Shown in pieces: positions 19,420 through 28,828 of a stretch of 64,000 bases of DNA. A model generated the notes under the pieces. It made no database searches. It saw nothing but the letters and a program-made list of their open reading frames with translations, and had not been told where the DNA came from. Location: contig JBFWNU010000001.1 of assembly GCA_050250895.1 (NCBI GenBank), positions 1,096,008-1,160,007 of the forward strand, in the 5' to 3' direction. The first letter of the stretch is position 1. Every line of letters begins with the position of its first letter. A program made the translations under genes and the position numbers. Origin of the DNA: Vulcanimicrobiota bacterium (GTDB taxonomy: Bacteria; Vulcanimicrobiota; Xenobia; Xenobiales; JADMJV01).

Positions 19420-20211
19420 GTGCTCGTGGGACGTTACGAAATCAAGGCCATTGTGGCCGAGCCCGAGACCGGCCGGGTCTACACAGCTCTCGACCATCAG
19501 GCTGGAGGCGCGGTCACTCTCAAGACCATCCATCCCCCGGCCAACCCCGACGAGCTCGAAGCCTTCCGCCGGGCTTTTCAGAACGAGGCCGGGATTCTGC
19601 AGTCCCTCTCTCACCCCGGCCTGCCCCGCGTGCTCGACTCGTTCGAAGACGAAGAGCTGCTCTATCTGGTGCTCGAGCCTCTCGAGGGGGAATCTCTGGC
19701 CGAGCGTCTCGACCGTCACCACGGCCCCTTGCCCTGGCCCGAGGTGCGCCCGTGGGCTCATGCGCTGGTGGACACTCTGGCCTACCTGCACAGCCAGGAT
19801 CCTCCGGTCATCGTGCGCAATCTCAACCCCACCAGCGTGCTGCTCACTTCATCAGGCCCCAAGATTGCCGATTTTGGACTGGCCCGCGTGGTCGAAGACG
19901 GCTCGCGCACGATGACAAGCCTTCGGGGCGTGGCCGCCAAGAACTATGCCCCCCTCGAGCAGTACGACTTCACCAGCACCACCCACACCTATAGCGACAT
20001 CTATTCGCTAGGGGCCACCCTTTACTTCGCCTTGAGCGCCCAGGAGCCGCCCACCGCCGCCGCCCGAGCCGGCCAGGACGTGCCCCTGGCCGACCTTGCC
20101 GAGCTAAACCCCACTGTGCCGGCTGCGGTTGCCGAAATGCTCGAGGCCATGCTGGCCCTCGGCAAACATCGGCGTCCTGACCTCGAGACCATCCGAGCGG
20201 CCTTCGCCTAG
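19420..20211 (+). CDS. Ser/Thr protein kinase-like domain (probable pseudokinase)
   Basis: Hanks fold motifs (ADFGLAR, YAPLEQ, SDIYSLG), but the catalytic loop reads VRNLNP instead of HRDLKP and there is no Gly-rich loop. Confidence 0.85.
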   Translation: MLVGRYEIKAIVAEPETGRVYTALDHQAGGAVTLKTIHPPANPDELEAFRRAFQNEAGILQSLSHPGLPRVLDSFEDEELLYLVLEPLEGESLAERLDRHHGPLPWPEVRPWAHALVDTLAYLHSQDPPVIVRNLNPTSVLLTSSGPKIADFGLARVVEDGSRTMTSLRGVAAKNYAPLEQYDFTSTTHTYSDIYSLGATLYFALSAQEPPTAAARAGQDVPLADLAELNPTVPAAVAEMLEAMLALGKHRRPDLETIRAAFA

Positions 20212-20296
20212 GTGGGGGGCCAGTTCGATTTACCGCCGAGGGGTGGAGCTTTGAGGAGAACCGCTGAGCTCCGCGGAGGACGCCGGGGGGGCGGTA

Positions 20297-20740
20297 GTGC
20301 ACTTCGAAAAGGTGGGCGCTTTCGATGAGAGCCGCCGAGAGAGCACGACCGTGAGCGACGGCCACCCGATCAATGATGGTGTTTCCTTATCCTCAGATTG
20401 TCTGTTGAGGCAAGAGAACGGTCTCTATCGTGTCAACGTGGGGATTCCCACTGTGCTTGGCGGTGATTTCGTGAACTTTGGAGACCTGGTCGAAATCGGA
20501 GAGGAACGTGACGGGATGGTGCCCGTAGTCCGAGTTGTCGAAAAAGGCAAATGCCGCTCCTGGGAATGGCTACTCCCCGAGTCTTTTGATTGGGAATCGG
20601 TTTACGAATATGGCCGACGAGTCGAAGACCACGGCGGCAGTTGGGATAGAATGTGCGGAGGAATCCTCATCATCCATCTTCCCCAAGACTCACCGCTGGA
20701 CCCCGAACTCGACCTGGCCCACTTGTTTGGCCGCACATAG
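20297..20740 (+). CDS. hypothetical protein, DUF4265-like
   Basis: NGLYRV....P......NFGDLVE and GGILIIHLP patterns. Confidence 0.55.
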   Translation: MHFEKVGAFDESRRESTTVSDGHPINDGVSLSSDCLLRQENGLYRVNVGIPTVLGGDFVNFGDLVEIGEERDGMVPVVRVVEKGKCRSWEWLLPESFDWESVYEYGRRVEDHGGSWDRMCGGILIIHLPQDSPLDPELDLAHLFGRT

Positions 20741-20758
20741 CTATCGAAGGACCCGATC

Positions 20759-21493
20759 ATGCCAGACATCAACGACCCGCATGAAGAGCCCGAGGAGGAA
20801 CAGCTGGGCTACGACCCCATTTTGAAGAGGTCGATAGTCACCCGGAAGGTCCCCCTCTCCATTAGCTCAGACCCCGAGGCTCGAGCCCAGTATGTAAAGG
20901 CGATCACTGCCTCGGTCCGGCTTAAACACCCGAACCTTCGCACCATCTACGACTGCGCCCAAAATGACGAGGGTATGCACCTCATCCTGGAATCGGTGCC
21001 AATGACCATCCTGGACGCGCTAAGTCACGGACACGACCTGCGAGCTTTGATCGCGGGCCTGGTGAGCGGTCTCGACTATGCTCATCAGCATGGAGTCATC
21101 CACCAGTCCGTGGCGCCTCGATATATCCGTGTCACCGAAGGCGGGGTGGTCAAGATTTGGGGCTTTGGTGTTGGCCTTCTCGAGGCTCAACACACCGGGA
21201 CTCCCTGGGCCGACGAATACCACTACATGTCCCCAGAGCAAACTCGCGGAGACCCCGTTGACCGGCGAACCGACATCTTCTCCCTGGGCGTTCTACTCTA
21301 CCGGCTGATCGCGGCCAGGCTGCCCTTTCCGGGAAAGAGCCTCCCAACACTGGCGGATCAGGTGCTCCGTCTCGAACCAGAACCACTCGACGACGAGGCC
21401 GACTCGCGACTCCTCAAAGCCGTCCACCGCTGCCTCGCCAAAGACCCCGCCGACCGCTTCCAGAGCCTGCGCGACTTCAGACACGCACTCTGA
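20759..21493 (+). CDS. Ser/Thr protein kinase-like domain (probable pseudokinase)
   Basis: HPNL, YMSPEQ, TDIFSLG and KDPADR motifs; HRD replaced by HQS and DFG by GFG. Confidence 0.85.
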   Translation: MPDINDPHEEPEEEQLGYDPILKRSIVTRKVPLSISSDPEARAQYVKAITASVRLKHPNLRTIYDCAQNDEGMHLILESVPMTILDALSHGHDLRALIAGLVSGLDYAHQHGVIHQSVAPRYIRVTEGGVVKIWGFGVGLLEAQHTGTPWADEYHYMSPEQTRGDPVDRRTDIFSLGVLLYRLIAARLPFPGKSLPTLADQVLRLEPEPLDDEADSRLLKAVHRCLAKDPADRFQSLRDFRHAL

Positions 21494-21542
21494 TAGGTGG
21501 CGGCAAAGGCCAGCCCTGGGTCCCCCTCGAACGTAAACACCG

Positions 21543-22994
21543 ATGCCCTCCCGACTCCTTTTGTCGTTGCTTTTCTTGACGCTGCTCGCCGGCCCCGGGT
21601 TTGGCCTAGTGGAAGAAGGTGGGAGCGAGGTTACTCTTGGTCCTGGCGCTGCCTTCGAGGTTACCGCGCCAGCCGGCTGGATCTTTGACAATGAAAGCTG
21701 CCGGCGCTACTTCACCGACGTGGTCATCTATCCGTTGGGAAAATCGTGGGATGGCAGCGACGGGCCAGTCATCTCCTGCCAAACGTATCCCAAATATGGA
21801 GAAAGCCTCGACAAGATGATCGCCCGAGAATACGAGCAGCTGAGAAAGTCGGGAAATCCTCAACTAAAGTGTCGAGACCTTCCCGACCTCACCACACGGA
21901 ACGGCCAAAAGGCTCGGGTGCGAGTGTTCGGCATCGAAGAGTTCGGGGGGAACGTAGCTTACATCGAAACGCCTCAGTTCTTCTGTCAAATCAGTCTCGA
22001 GGTGCCGGAAATGGCTAGTGAAGAGGGAGGCGTGTCGGCGTTCGAAAAGGTGGTGGAATCGTTCCACTACCTCGCTCCTGATTCCGCAGAGTATCAAGCG
22101 CGCGCAGGGGTAAAGAGTATCCTGGTGGGCACAACCCAAATTGAGGATATCCTTCAATTCGGGCCGCCAGAGGGCTGGACGAAATATGGACCAGGCAAAC
22201 CCGGGGTCTCGATCTATCAGTTCATCGAAGGTCAGAACTACACGGTGATCGCCACCTACACCTCGAAGGTTAGTTCAGGCGACCCCGAGGCCGATTTCGA
22301 AGCTGCCTGGAGCGAACTGGTGCAGAACACCTTCCGAGCCGGCCCTGCCCCACCCGCGGAGCCAGTGGTATTCTATACCGGTTGGCCAATGAGAGTCGGG
22401 CAAACCACGGTCAATGCTGCCGGCCAAGAAACGACTCTTGTTCTCACAGTCTTCTCGGGATGGGGTAAGCGCGCCAGCCTGCTCGCCCTGTCTAACGACA
22501 GGTCGCTTCCCATCAAACTGCACAAGATCCTCGAATCAGCCCTCTACGTGCAAGGTTCTCTGACTGGTCAATGGGGCGCCTATCGCAGCCCACGACACAT
22601 GGTCGACGGCAACGTGGTGGAGTTGGGCGACCCCTACGGTCTAAGCAGAAGCTACCGTTTCTCGGGCAACGACTACAAGTTTGAGAGCCACGCCAAAGTG
22701 GACTCCGACCACGCCGTTTGGGTAGATGAAGAAGGCACAATGACCATCAGCGGAAACAAGTTGACCCTCCACGGCCAGGGCGGCACCCAACGCCACGTAA
22801 GGCCAGACGGGACCGTCGTCAGCAGTCGGGTCCTACCGCCCTGGGAGAGAACTTACACCTTCAAATTGGTTGACATCGACGACGCCTATCACGGCCCCCA
22901 CCTGGTCCTCGAGGGTGTCGAAGAGAACGAGCTTGACGGTGTTTACAGCGAACTCTTCCCGAACGCCTTCGTCTATGTATTAGGCTACCACTAA
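21543..22994 (+). CDS. secreted multidomain hypothetical protein
   Basis: N-terminal signal peptide; 483 aa; codon usage appears less GC3-biased than core genes. Confidence 0.75.
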   Translation: MPSRLLLSLLFLTLLAGPGFGLVEEGGSEVTLGPGAAFEVTAPAGWIFDNESCRRYFTDVVIYPLGKSWDGSDGPVISCQTYPKYGESLDKMIAREYEQLRKSGNPQLKCRDLPDLTTRNGQKARVRVFGIEEFGGNVAYIETPQFFCQISLEVPEMASEEGGVSAFEKVVESFHYLAPDSAEYQARAGVKSILVGTTQIEDILQFGPPEGWTKYGPGKPGVSIYQFIEGQNYTVIATYTSKVSSGDPEADFEAAWSELVQNTFRAGPAPPAEPVVFYTGWPMRVGQTTVNAAGQETTLVLTVFSGWGKRASLLALSNDRSLPIKLHKILESALYVQGSLTGQWGAYRSPRHMVDGNVVELGDPYGLSRSYRFSGNDYKFESHAKVDSDHAVWVDEEGTMTISGNKLTLHGQGGTQRHVRPDGTVVSSRVLPPWERTYTFKLVDIDDAYHGPHLVLEGVEENELDGVYSELFPNAFVYVLGYH

Positions 22995-23037
22995 GACAGC
23001 CTCGCGCCGGACATCCAAACCTTCGTAGCGCCGCAAG

Positions 23038-23103
23038 TTGAAGTTCCTGGTGGACGCGCAACTGCCGCCGGCCCTGGCTCGCTGGCTAGCCAGCCAAGGT
23101 CAT
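23038..23103 (+). pseudogene. N-terminal stub of a DUF5615 PIN-like toxin
   Basis: LKFLVDAQLPPALARWLASQGH matches the family start; similarity then stops and the frame runs into repeats and the antisense of mlaD. Confidence 0.65.
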
Positions 23104-23130
23104 CAGACGGATATAACAGCCCCGCCACGT

Positions 23131-23179
23131 CTACCGTCTGAGAACTACCGTCTACCGTCTCCAGACTACCGTCTCAAAG
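23131..23179. repeat. heptamer tandem array (CTACCGT consensus), 7 units
   Basis: ctaccgt-ctgagaa-ctaccgt-ctaccgt-ctccaga-ctaccgt-ctcaaag. Confidence 0.85.
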
Positions 23180-23184
23180 CAAGC

Positions 23185-24669
23185 CTAGAATCGCTTACCA
23201 GCGCCGATGACGGGATAGCTGTTCTTCGAGTCGGTGATGTCGCGCACGCCGCCCTGGATGAAGAAGTCGCCTTTGAAGAGCAGTTTGCCCAGCACGTCGA
23301 CTTTGGGGTCGCCGGTGTCATAAGCGTCGAGATTGAGCTCGAGGCGCTTTTTGAACAGCCAGGCGTCGGCCCCCAGGCCGAACTGCGAGCGGACCACGCC
23401 GGCCCGCAGGCGATAGTTCTCCCAGGTGCGCATCGCCTGCAGGTTGACCAGGTTGTCATTGCCCAGCGAGTCGATGCCCAGCTTGGCGCCGTAAGGGCCC
23501 TGGGGCAGCAAATAGGCGTTGAGATTGGTGTGGGCCTCGCCGATGTCGATATTCCACTGTTGTTCGAGGTCGAGGCCGAACAGATGACCACCGGCCACAT
23601 TGTCGACGACGCCTTCCACCCGGCCCATGACCCGCCTGGCGGTATCGCTGGCTTCCTTGGCGTTGTGGATGGTGTCGCGCAGGTCGCCCTGGACCTCGGG
23701 ATCCGAGGTGATCGAGCGGATGTCCGAGGCGATCCCCTGGATCTCTTCCGAAGTGCGCCGCAGATTGTCGGCCGCGGCTACCACGTCGTCTTTGAGCTCT
23801 TCGTTGTCAGCCAGCTCTTCTACCGTGCGCATCGCTTTCTTGAGGCTGATCGAGGTCTCCCGCAGGTTCATCACGATGGTGTCGATGTTACCCTGATGCT
23901 TGTCGACCGTGCGGCGCACCGTCGAAGAAACGACGCGCAAGTCGTCGCCCACCACCCGGGCGTCACCCTGGAACGAAAGCACCGTATCGTCGACATGGGC
24001 CATCACCAGCTCGAGCGAGTCGCCCAGGCGTTCGACCCGCGAATTGAGACCCGCCACCAGCACCTTGGCATCGGCCGAAGCGCCTTTGATGTTCTCAGAA
24101 ATCTCGCGGAAGTTGCCCATGGTGAGCTTGATATCGTCCTGAAACTTCTCGTCGGCCACCAGCTGATTGAGAGCGTTCACCGACTGGCGAAACTCGCTCA
24201 TCACCTCATTGCCCTCGCGGGCGAGGTCGTCGAGGGTCACCGGCGATTCGCCGATGACCTGACCCCCCTCGGGTAGCGGCTCTTCTTCGGCCGGCACCGA
24301 GCCCGGTTTGATCTCGATCCACTTATCTCCCAGCAAGTTGCCGGTGATCGTGTAGACGTAGTAGCTTCCCGGCGCCTCGTCGGGCTGGCGCGAGCGATAC
24401 AGGTTGACGTTCTTGCGAGTGACCAGGATGGTGGCTTTTACCTGGTTGTTGTTCGAATCGACCAGCTCGAGGTCTTTGACATAGCCGATGCGCACTCCGG
24501 CGAGATGGACTGGGGCCCGCACCTGCAGACCTCCCACGCTCTCGAAGAGAACGCGATACTCGGTGCCAGACTCGCCCCCGACGCGGCCGATCTGGCTGAC
24601 CACGACCAGCAGTAAGATAAAGGCCGTGACAGCGACCATACCTACTCGTGCAGCTGGGTTGATAACCAT
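23185..24669 (-). CDS. mlaD: MlaD/MCE family protein with long helical region and C-terminal beta-rich domain
   Basis: N-terminal TM, F.SVGGL...APV.LAGVRIG.V, LLGDKWIEIKPG. Confidence 0.9.
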   Translation of the reverse strand: MVINPAARVGMVAVTAFILLLVVVSQIGRVGGESGTEYRVLFESVGGLQVRAPVHLAGVRIGYVKDLELVDSNNNQVKATILVTRKNVNLYRSRQPDEAPGSYYVYTITGNLLGDKWIEIKPGSVPAEEEPLPEGGQVIGESPVTLDDLAREGNEVMSEFRQSVNALNQLVADEKFQDDIKLTMGNFREISENIKGASADAKVLVAGLNSRVERLGDSLELVMAHVDDTVLSFQGDARVVGDDLRVVSSTVRRTVDKHQGNIDTIVMNLRETSISLKKAMRTVEELADNEELKDDVVAAADNLRRTSEEIQGIASDIRSITSDPEVQGDLRDTIHNAKEASDTARRVMGRVEGVVDNVAGGHLFGLDLEQQWNIDIGEAHTNLNAYLLPQGPYGAKLGIDSLGNDNLVNLQAMRTWENYRLRAGVVRSQFGLGADAWLFKKRLELNLDAYDTGDPKVDVLGKLLFKGDFFIQGGVRDITDSKNSYPVIGAGKRF

Positions 24670-24680
24670 ATCGTTCTCCT

Positions 24681-25487
24681 CTAGACCCGGATGGGACCCT
24701 CGACGTTACCCTCGCGAAACTGGACCACGATGGGATTGTCGGTCGATTGAAATTCTTGGGGGGTGCCAAAGAAGGCGGCCTTCCCCTCATGTATCATCAA
24801 AATCTGGTTGGCCACAAGCATCGCCCCGCTAAGATCGTGGGTGATTACCACAGAAGTGGCGTGAAGCCTGCGTTGCAGGTCGAGAATCAGCTCGTTGATC
24901 ACCCTCGAGATGATGGGATCGAGTCCGGTGGTGGGCTCGTCATAAAGCACCACATCGGGGTCGGTGGCGATGGTGCGGGCGAAGCTGGCGCGCTTTTGCA
25001 TTCCACCCGAGAGTTGGCTGGGATAAAGGTGACCCATGCCCTCGAGGTCCACGATGGCCAGTTTCTCGGCCACGATCCGCTGGATCTCTTCCTCAGGCAG
25101 TTTGGTGTGCTCGCGCAATCCGAAGGCCACGTTGTCGGCCACCGTCATCGAGTCAAAGAGGGCTCCGTGTTGAAAGCAGGTGCCGATGCGCTTGCGCAGC
25201 TGATTCAGCGCGCGCTTGCTCAGGTCGGGGATACTCTGATTGTTGACCATCACCTTGCCGCTGGTAGGTCGCAGCAGGCCGTTGATCGAGCGCAGAGTGG
25301 TGCTTTTGCCCGTGCCCGACAGGCCCATAATCACCAGGGCCGTGCCTTTGGGCACTTCAAACGAGATGCCCTTGAGAATATCCCGGGTCCCGAAGGTGAC
25401 CCGCAGGTCCTCGACCACGATGGCCGGGTCCGACATGGGCTCGCGCTGGCCCATTACCGGAGTAGTAGTATTTTGGCGCGAACTCAT
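24681..25487 (-). CDS. mlaF: MlaF/Mkl ABC ATPase
   Basis: GLSGTGKS, FQHGALFDSMTV, LSGGMQKR and YDEPTTGLDP motifs. Confidence 0.92.
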   Translation of the reverse strand: MSSRQNTTTPVMGQREPMSDPAIVVEDLRVTFGTRDILKGISFEVPKGTALVIMGLSGTGKSTTLRSINGLLRPTSGKVMVNNQSIPDLSKRALNQLRKRIGTCFQHGALFDSMTVADNVAFGLREHTKLPEEEIQRIVAEKLAIVDLEGMGHLYPSQLSGGMQKRASFARTIATDPDVVLYDEPTTGLDPIISRVINELILDLQRRLHATSVVITHDLSGAMLVANQILMIHEGKAAFFGTPQEFQSTDNPIVVQFREGNVEGPIRV

Positions 25488-25490
25488 GGT

Positions 25491-26270
25491 CTAGGTCACC
25501 GGGAACAGCCAGGCGGAAAGAAAGTAGTTGCTGATGAAGATGATGATCATGGCCGACACCACCGACTCGGTGGTAGCCTTACCGACGCCGGCGGCCCCAC
25601 GCCCGGCGTTCAGGCCCTGATAGCAGGCTACGGCGGCGATCTCGATACCGAAGATGATCGCTTTGAAGAGGCCTTTCCAGACATCGCCCATCTCGGTCAG
25701 ACGCTTCACCGAGTCCCAGAAGACCTCGTAGGGAATGCCCGCCGTCTCGAAGGCCACGAAGGAGCCACCGATCAGTCCGGCGACGTCTGAAAACAGCGCC
25801 AGCACCGGCACCATCGTCATCAGGGCCAGCAGGCGGGGCACCACCAGGTAGCGCACCGGGCTGACGGCCATACAAACCAGGGCATCGATCTGCTCGGTGA
25901 CCTTCATCGAACCGATTTCGGCGGTCACCGCCGAACCGGCCCGACCGGCCACCACGATGGCCGTCAGCATCGGCCCCAGCTCGCGAGCCATGGCCAGGGC
26001 TGCACCGCCGCCCACCATGTTGCCCACCCCGTAACTAACGGCCAAATGCGCCAACTGAAGCGAGATGACCATTCCAGCGAAAGTCGTGGTGAGCAGCACG
26101 ATCAACAACGAGTTCACTCCCAAAAAGGCCATCTGGTTGAGCGTCAAACCCACCCGGATGGCCCCCTTGAAGATGAACCCGAGGCACTCCCAGATCAGCA
26201 TGGTCAAACCGCCAACGTACTCGAGCACGTTGATGATTCCGTTGCCGACTGATTCGAAGAACGCAATCAT
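25491..26270 (-). CDS. mlaE: MlaE ABC permease
   Basis: RELGPMLTAIVVAGRAGS..AEIGSMKVTEQIDAL motif. Confidence 0.94.
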   Translation of the reverse strand: MIAFFESVGNGIINVLEYVGGLTMLIWECLGFIFKGAIRVGLTLNQMAFLGVNSLLIVLLTTTFAGMVISLQLAHLAVSYGVGNMVGGGAALAMARELGPMLTAIVVAGRAGSAVTAEIGSMKVTEQIDALVCMAVSPVRYLVVPRLLALMTMVPVLALFSDVAGLIGGSFVAFETAGIPYEVFWDSVKRLTEMGDVWKGLFKAIIFGIEIAAVACYQGLNAGRGAAGVGKATTESVVSAMIIIFISNYFLSAWLFPVT

Positions 26271-26319
26271 AGAGATAAAAAGACCTCAAGTTTACGAGAC
26301 TTGAGGTCAACTGAGTGAC

Positions 26320-27591
26320 TTAATGTAGCACACTTACGGTACTGGACACCAGATCACCGACAGATTTCTCGCCTCGCAGGAAGCTCGGAAGCTCCTTGCC
26401 GATAGAGTCGAGAGTGGAGTTGGCACGTCCTGCCGTGTCGACCGGTTTGGATCGACCCAGAACGTTCACGAAGACGCGCAGGCCGCTGTGTTCGGCCAGA
26501 CGCTCGCGCCGATAGAACGGATTGTCGAAGACTTTGACGTGGGCAGCCAGATAGGGAGTCTGCTCAGCCCAGGCCCGCTGCTGGGGAAAGTCGAGCAGCC
26601 AGAAGGCGAACTCCTGCACCTTGTAGAGTTGCTCGGCATCGGTCTGGAACATGCCCAGCGACCAGACCTGCAATTCGGTGGTCCGGTTCTTGCTGTCAGG
26701 GCCCGGTAGAGAAGCCGTTTTTACGGCCACCCCGTTAGCGCGCAGGCGCAGATAGTCGGCTACGGTGCCGGGGAACATGGCGATCTGGTCGGGCACGAAC
26801 ATCGAGTCGGGGTCGCTGTTGCCTTTGCCCAGTGAGGTCAGGAACTCGAGGGCCTTCTCGATGCCCGCCCCACTGCCTTTGCCGTTGGCCGTAGCCAGAT
26901 CACTACCGGCCTGCCAGGTGAAGATCTGAAGGTTCTTAGCCAGATCCCGCGGCGAACCGGAGGGGGCCAGACGAAAGGCCCACAAACTGGCTTCGGGCTT
27001 GGCAATCTTGGCCGAGACTTTGGTCATCTCTTCCCAGGTGGTGGGAGGAGCAGCTACGCCAGCGGCCTTGAAAATCTCGGTGTTGTAAATGAGCGCCTTG
27101 GTAGTGAAAAAGAAGGGACGAGCCATGAGCTGGTCGCCCACGCTCGAGGCGTCGAACAGCGGCCTGTAGACGTCGTGTTTGACGCTCCAGCTGAAGAGGA
27201 ACTTGTCGCGAGGCATCCAGTCCTCGACACTCATCAGCTTGCCTCCCGAAGCCACGTGCGAAAGCCAGCTGCTTTCCATCACCGCTACCGTAGGCAGCTC
27301 CTTTCCAGACGTAAGGGCACGATAGAGACGATCCGCGTCGGGAAAGTTCTTGGAGGTAAGTTTAACGTAAGGATGGGACCCCTGATATTCAGTGATCATC
27401 GACTCGAGGACCCGAGCTTCGTCACTGGGCAGACTGTACCAAATAGAGATCTCGAACTTGTCGCCCACCGTCGCGCGCGGCGCGGGGGTGGGCTGCTGGG
27501 GTTGTTCGGGCTTGTCTTCGGTCTGCGCGAAGGCCGTAGCACCCAAGAGCAGACTTACTAGTGTGAGGATGATGATTGATGATCGCTTCAA
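26320..27591 (-). CDS. extracellular solute-binding protein (CUT1/UgpB-like)
   Basis: Signal peptide; LIYNTEIFKAAGV..PPTTWEE motif. Confidence 0.82.
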   Translation of the reverse strand: MKRSSIIILTLVSLLLGATAFAQTEDKPEQPQQPTPAPRATVGDKFEISIWYSLPSDEARVLESMITEYQGSHPYVKLTSKNFPDADRLYRALTSGKELPTVAVMESSWLSHVASGGKLMSVEDWMPRDKFLFSWSVKHDVYRPLFDASSVGDQLMARPFFFTTKALIYNTEIFKAAGVAAPPTTWEEMTKVSAKIAKPEASLWAFRLAPSGSPRDLAKNLQIFTWQAGSDLATANGKGSGAGIEKALEFLTSLGKGNSDPDSMFVPDQIAMFPGTVADYLRLRANGVAVKTASLPGPDSKNRTTELQVWSLGMFQTDAEQLYKVQEFAFWLLDFPQQRAWAEQTPYLAAHVKVFDNPFYRRERLAEHSGLRVFVNVLGRSKPVDTAGRANSTLDSIGKELPSFLRGEKSVGDLVSSTVSVLH

Positions 27592-27720
27592 ATCGATCCC
27601 TCCTTAAATTCCGGCCGTGCGAAAAGGATATCTTGAGAATTTTTCTAGTTGGGAGCGAAAATCCTTTCGCCCAGGGGCATTGTTGTCTGGATCATGCCTG
27701 AAACGGCGAAATGCTAAACC

Positions 27721-28755
27721 CTAGCGCACCTGGAATTCGAGCGTGCCGCGATCCCCAAACATCTGCTCGATCGCGATGCTGAGCGTGTCCTGGCCGGCCA
27801 CCGCCAACTTGGGATAGAGCACCAATCCGCTCACCTCTTGTCCCGGTTGCAGCAGACTATCGAGGGCCGGATCATAGCGCGAGGGCGCCAGCGGCCGATT
27901 GTCTGCGTTCATCATATACATATGCCACTTGAAGGGCTTGAGCGGGGCCTCTTTCACTCCGGTGTTGCGAACTCGCACCTCGAACACGGCGTAGCGGTCG
28001 ACCTGGCGCTCGGTGACCAGACGTTGCTTGAGCATCAGGGTCTCATCCAGATTCATCCCCTCGCGAGCGGCCAGATATTCGGCACAACGATCGACCAGGT
28101 ACTCATCCCAGTAAGTCACCGATACTTGAAGTCGGGTCCGCTGCGGTTCCCACGGATCATTGGTCTGAAATTGATGGATTACCGGAGGGGCCGCCATGCT
28201 GGCCAGCCAGAAAGGGTTCACCAAGCTGGCGCCGGTGGGGTCAAAGGCCGTGGCCGCATCGTAAAACTGGTACATTGTGTAGAGTTGGGCCCCGGTGTTG
28301 ACCGTCGACATCGCCGTGCTGGGGTGGGGGTGGGGGGTGACAAAATCTCTCGTATGCGTATTCTCGGTGAAAGCCCGATGGTAGCGCTCGCGCACCCGCT
28401 TGAGGTCTTCCCGGTCGGGTTTGATCGCCGAGGCCAGAGTCGGGCTGGCGGTGGCCGAGCTGTAGGCAGGCGGCGCGGTGAGGGTTACCAGGTCGCCGGG
28501 ATAGACCGCGGTCCCGTCGGGCAGGCGAGCCGTGGCTGAATACTCCGAGACCGATTCGACCACGGCCTCCCCCACTTTCTGGCCTTGATGAAACACCAAC
28601 CAGCGCTGGCCAGGAGTGACATTCTCCAGTTCACCCCGATTGAAGCGAAAGACCGGCCCGGTGGTTTCGAGTACGGTTCCGCCGTCGGCCAGGGCCATTG
28701 CTGGCAACAGCAGGGCCACCCAAACCAGGAGATATGTCAGTTGCCGAACTTGCAT
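27721..28755 (-). CDS. exported hypothetical protein (FlgT C-terminal-like and DUF4352-like domains)
   Basis: Signal peptide; NRG...V.PG..VGEAVV...GDLV pattern; C-terminal VRNTG...LQPGQEVSG Ig-like motif. Confidence 0.6.
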   Translation of the reverse strand: MQVRQLTYLLVWVALLLPAMALADGGTVLETTGPVFRFNRGELENVTPGQRWLVFHQGQKVGEAVVESVSEYSATARLPDGTAVYPGDLVTLTAPPAYSSATASPTLASAIKPDREDLKRVRERYHRAFTENTHTRDFVTPHPHPSTAMSTVNTGAQLYTMYQFYDAATAFDPTGASLVNPFWLASMAAPPVIHQFQTNDPWEPQRTRLQVSVTYWDEYLVDRCAEYLAAREGMNLDETLMLKQRLVTERQVDRYAVFEVRVRNTGVKEAPLKPFKWHMYMMNADNRPLAPSRYDPALDSLLQPGQEVSGLVLYPKLAVAGQDTLSIAIEQMFGDRGTLEFQVR

Positions 28756-28828
28756 CGCTTTCGGACGGGCCCCTTCAGGAGGAAACCTGCGCCAACATTA
28801 TGAAGCATGACAGTATCCCCTGACAAGA

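Noticed and set aside
23038-24276. 412-aa plus-strand ORF as a real toxin fusion
   Set aside because: Beyond the first ~22 codons it is repeat sequence and the antisense shadow of mlaD
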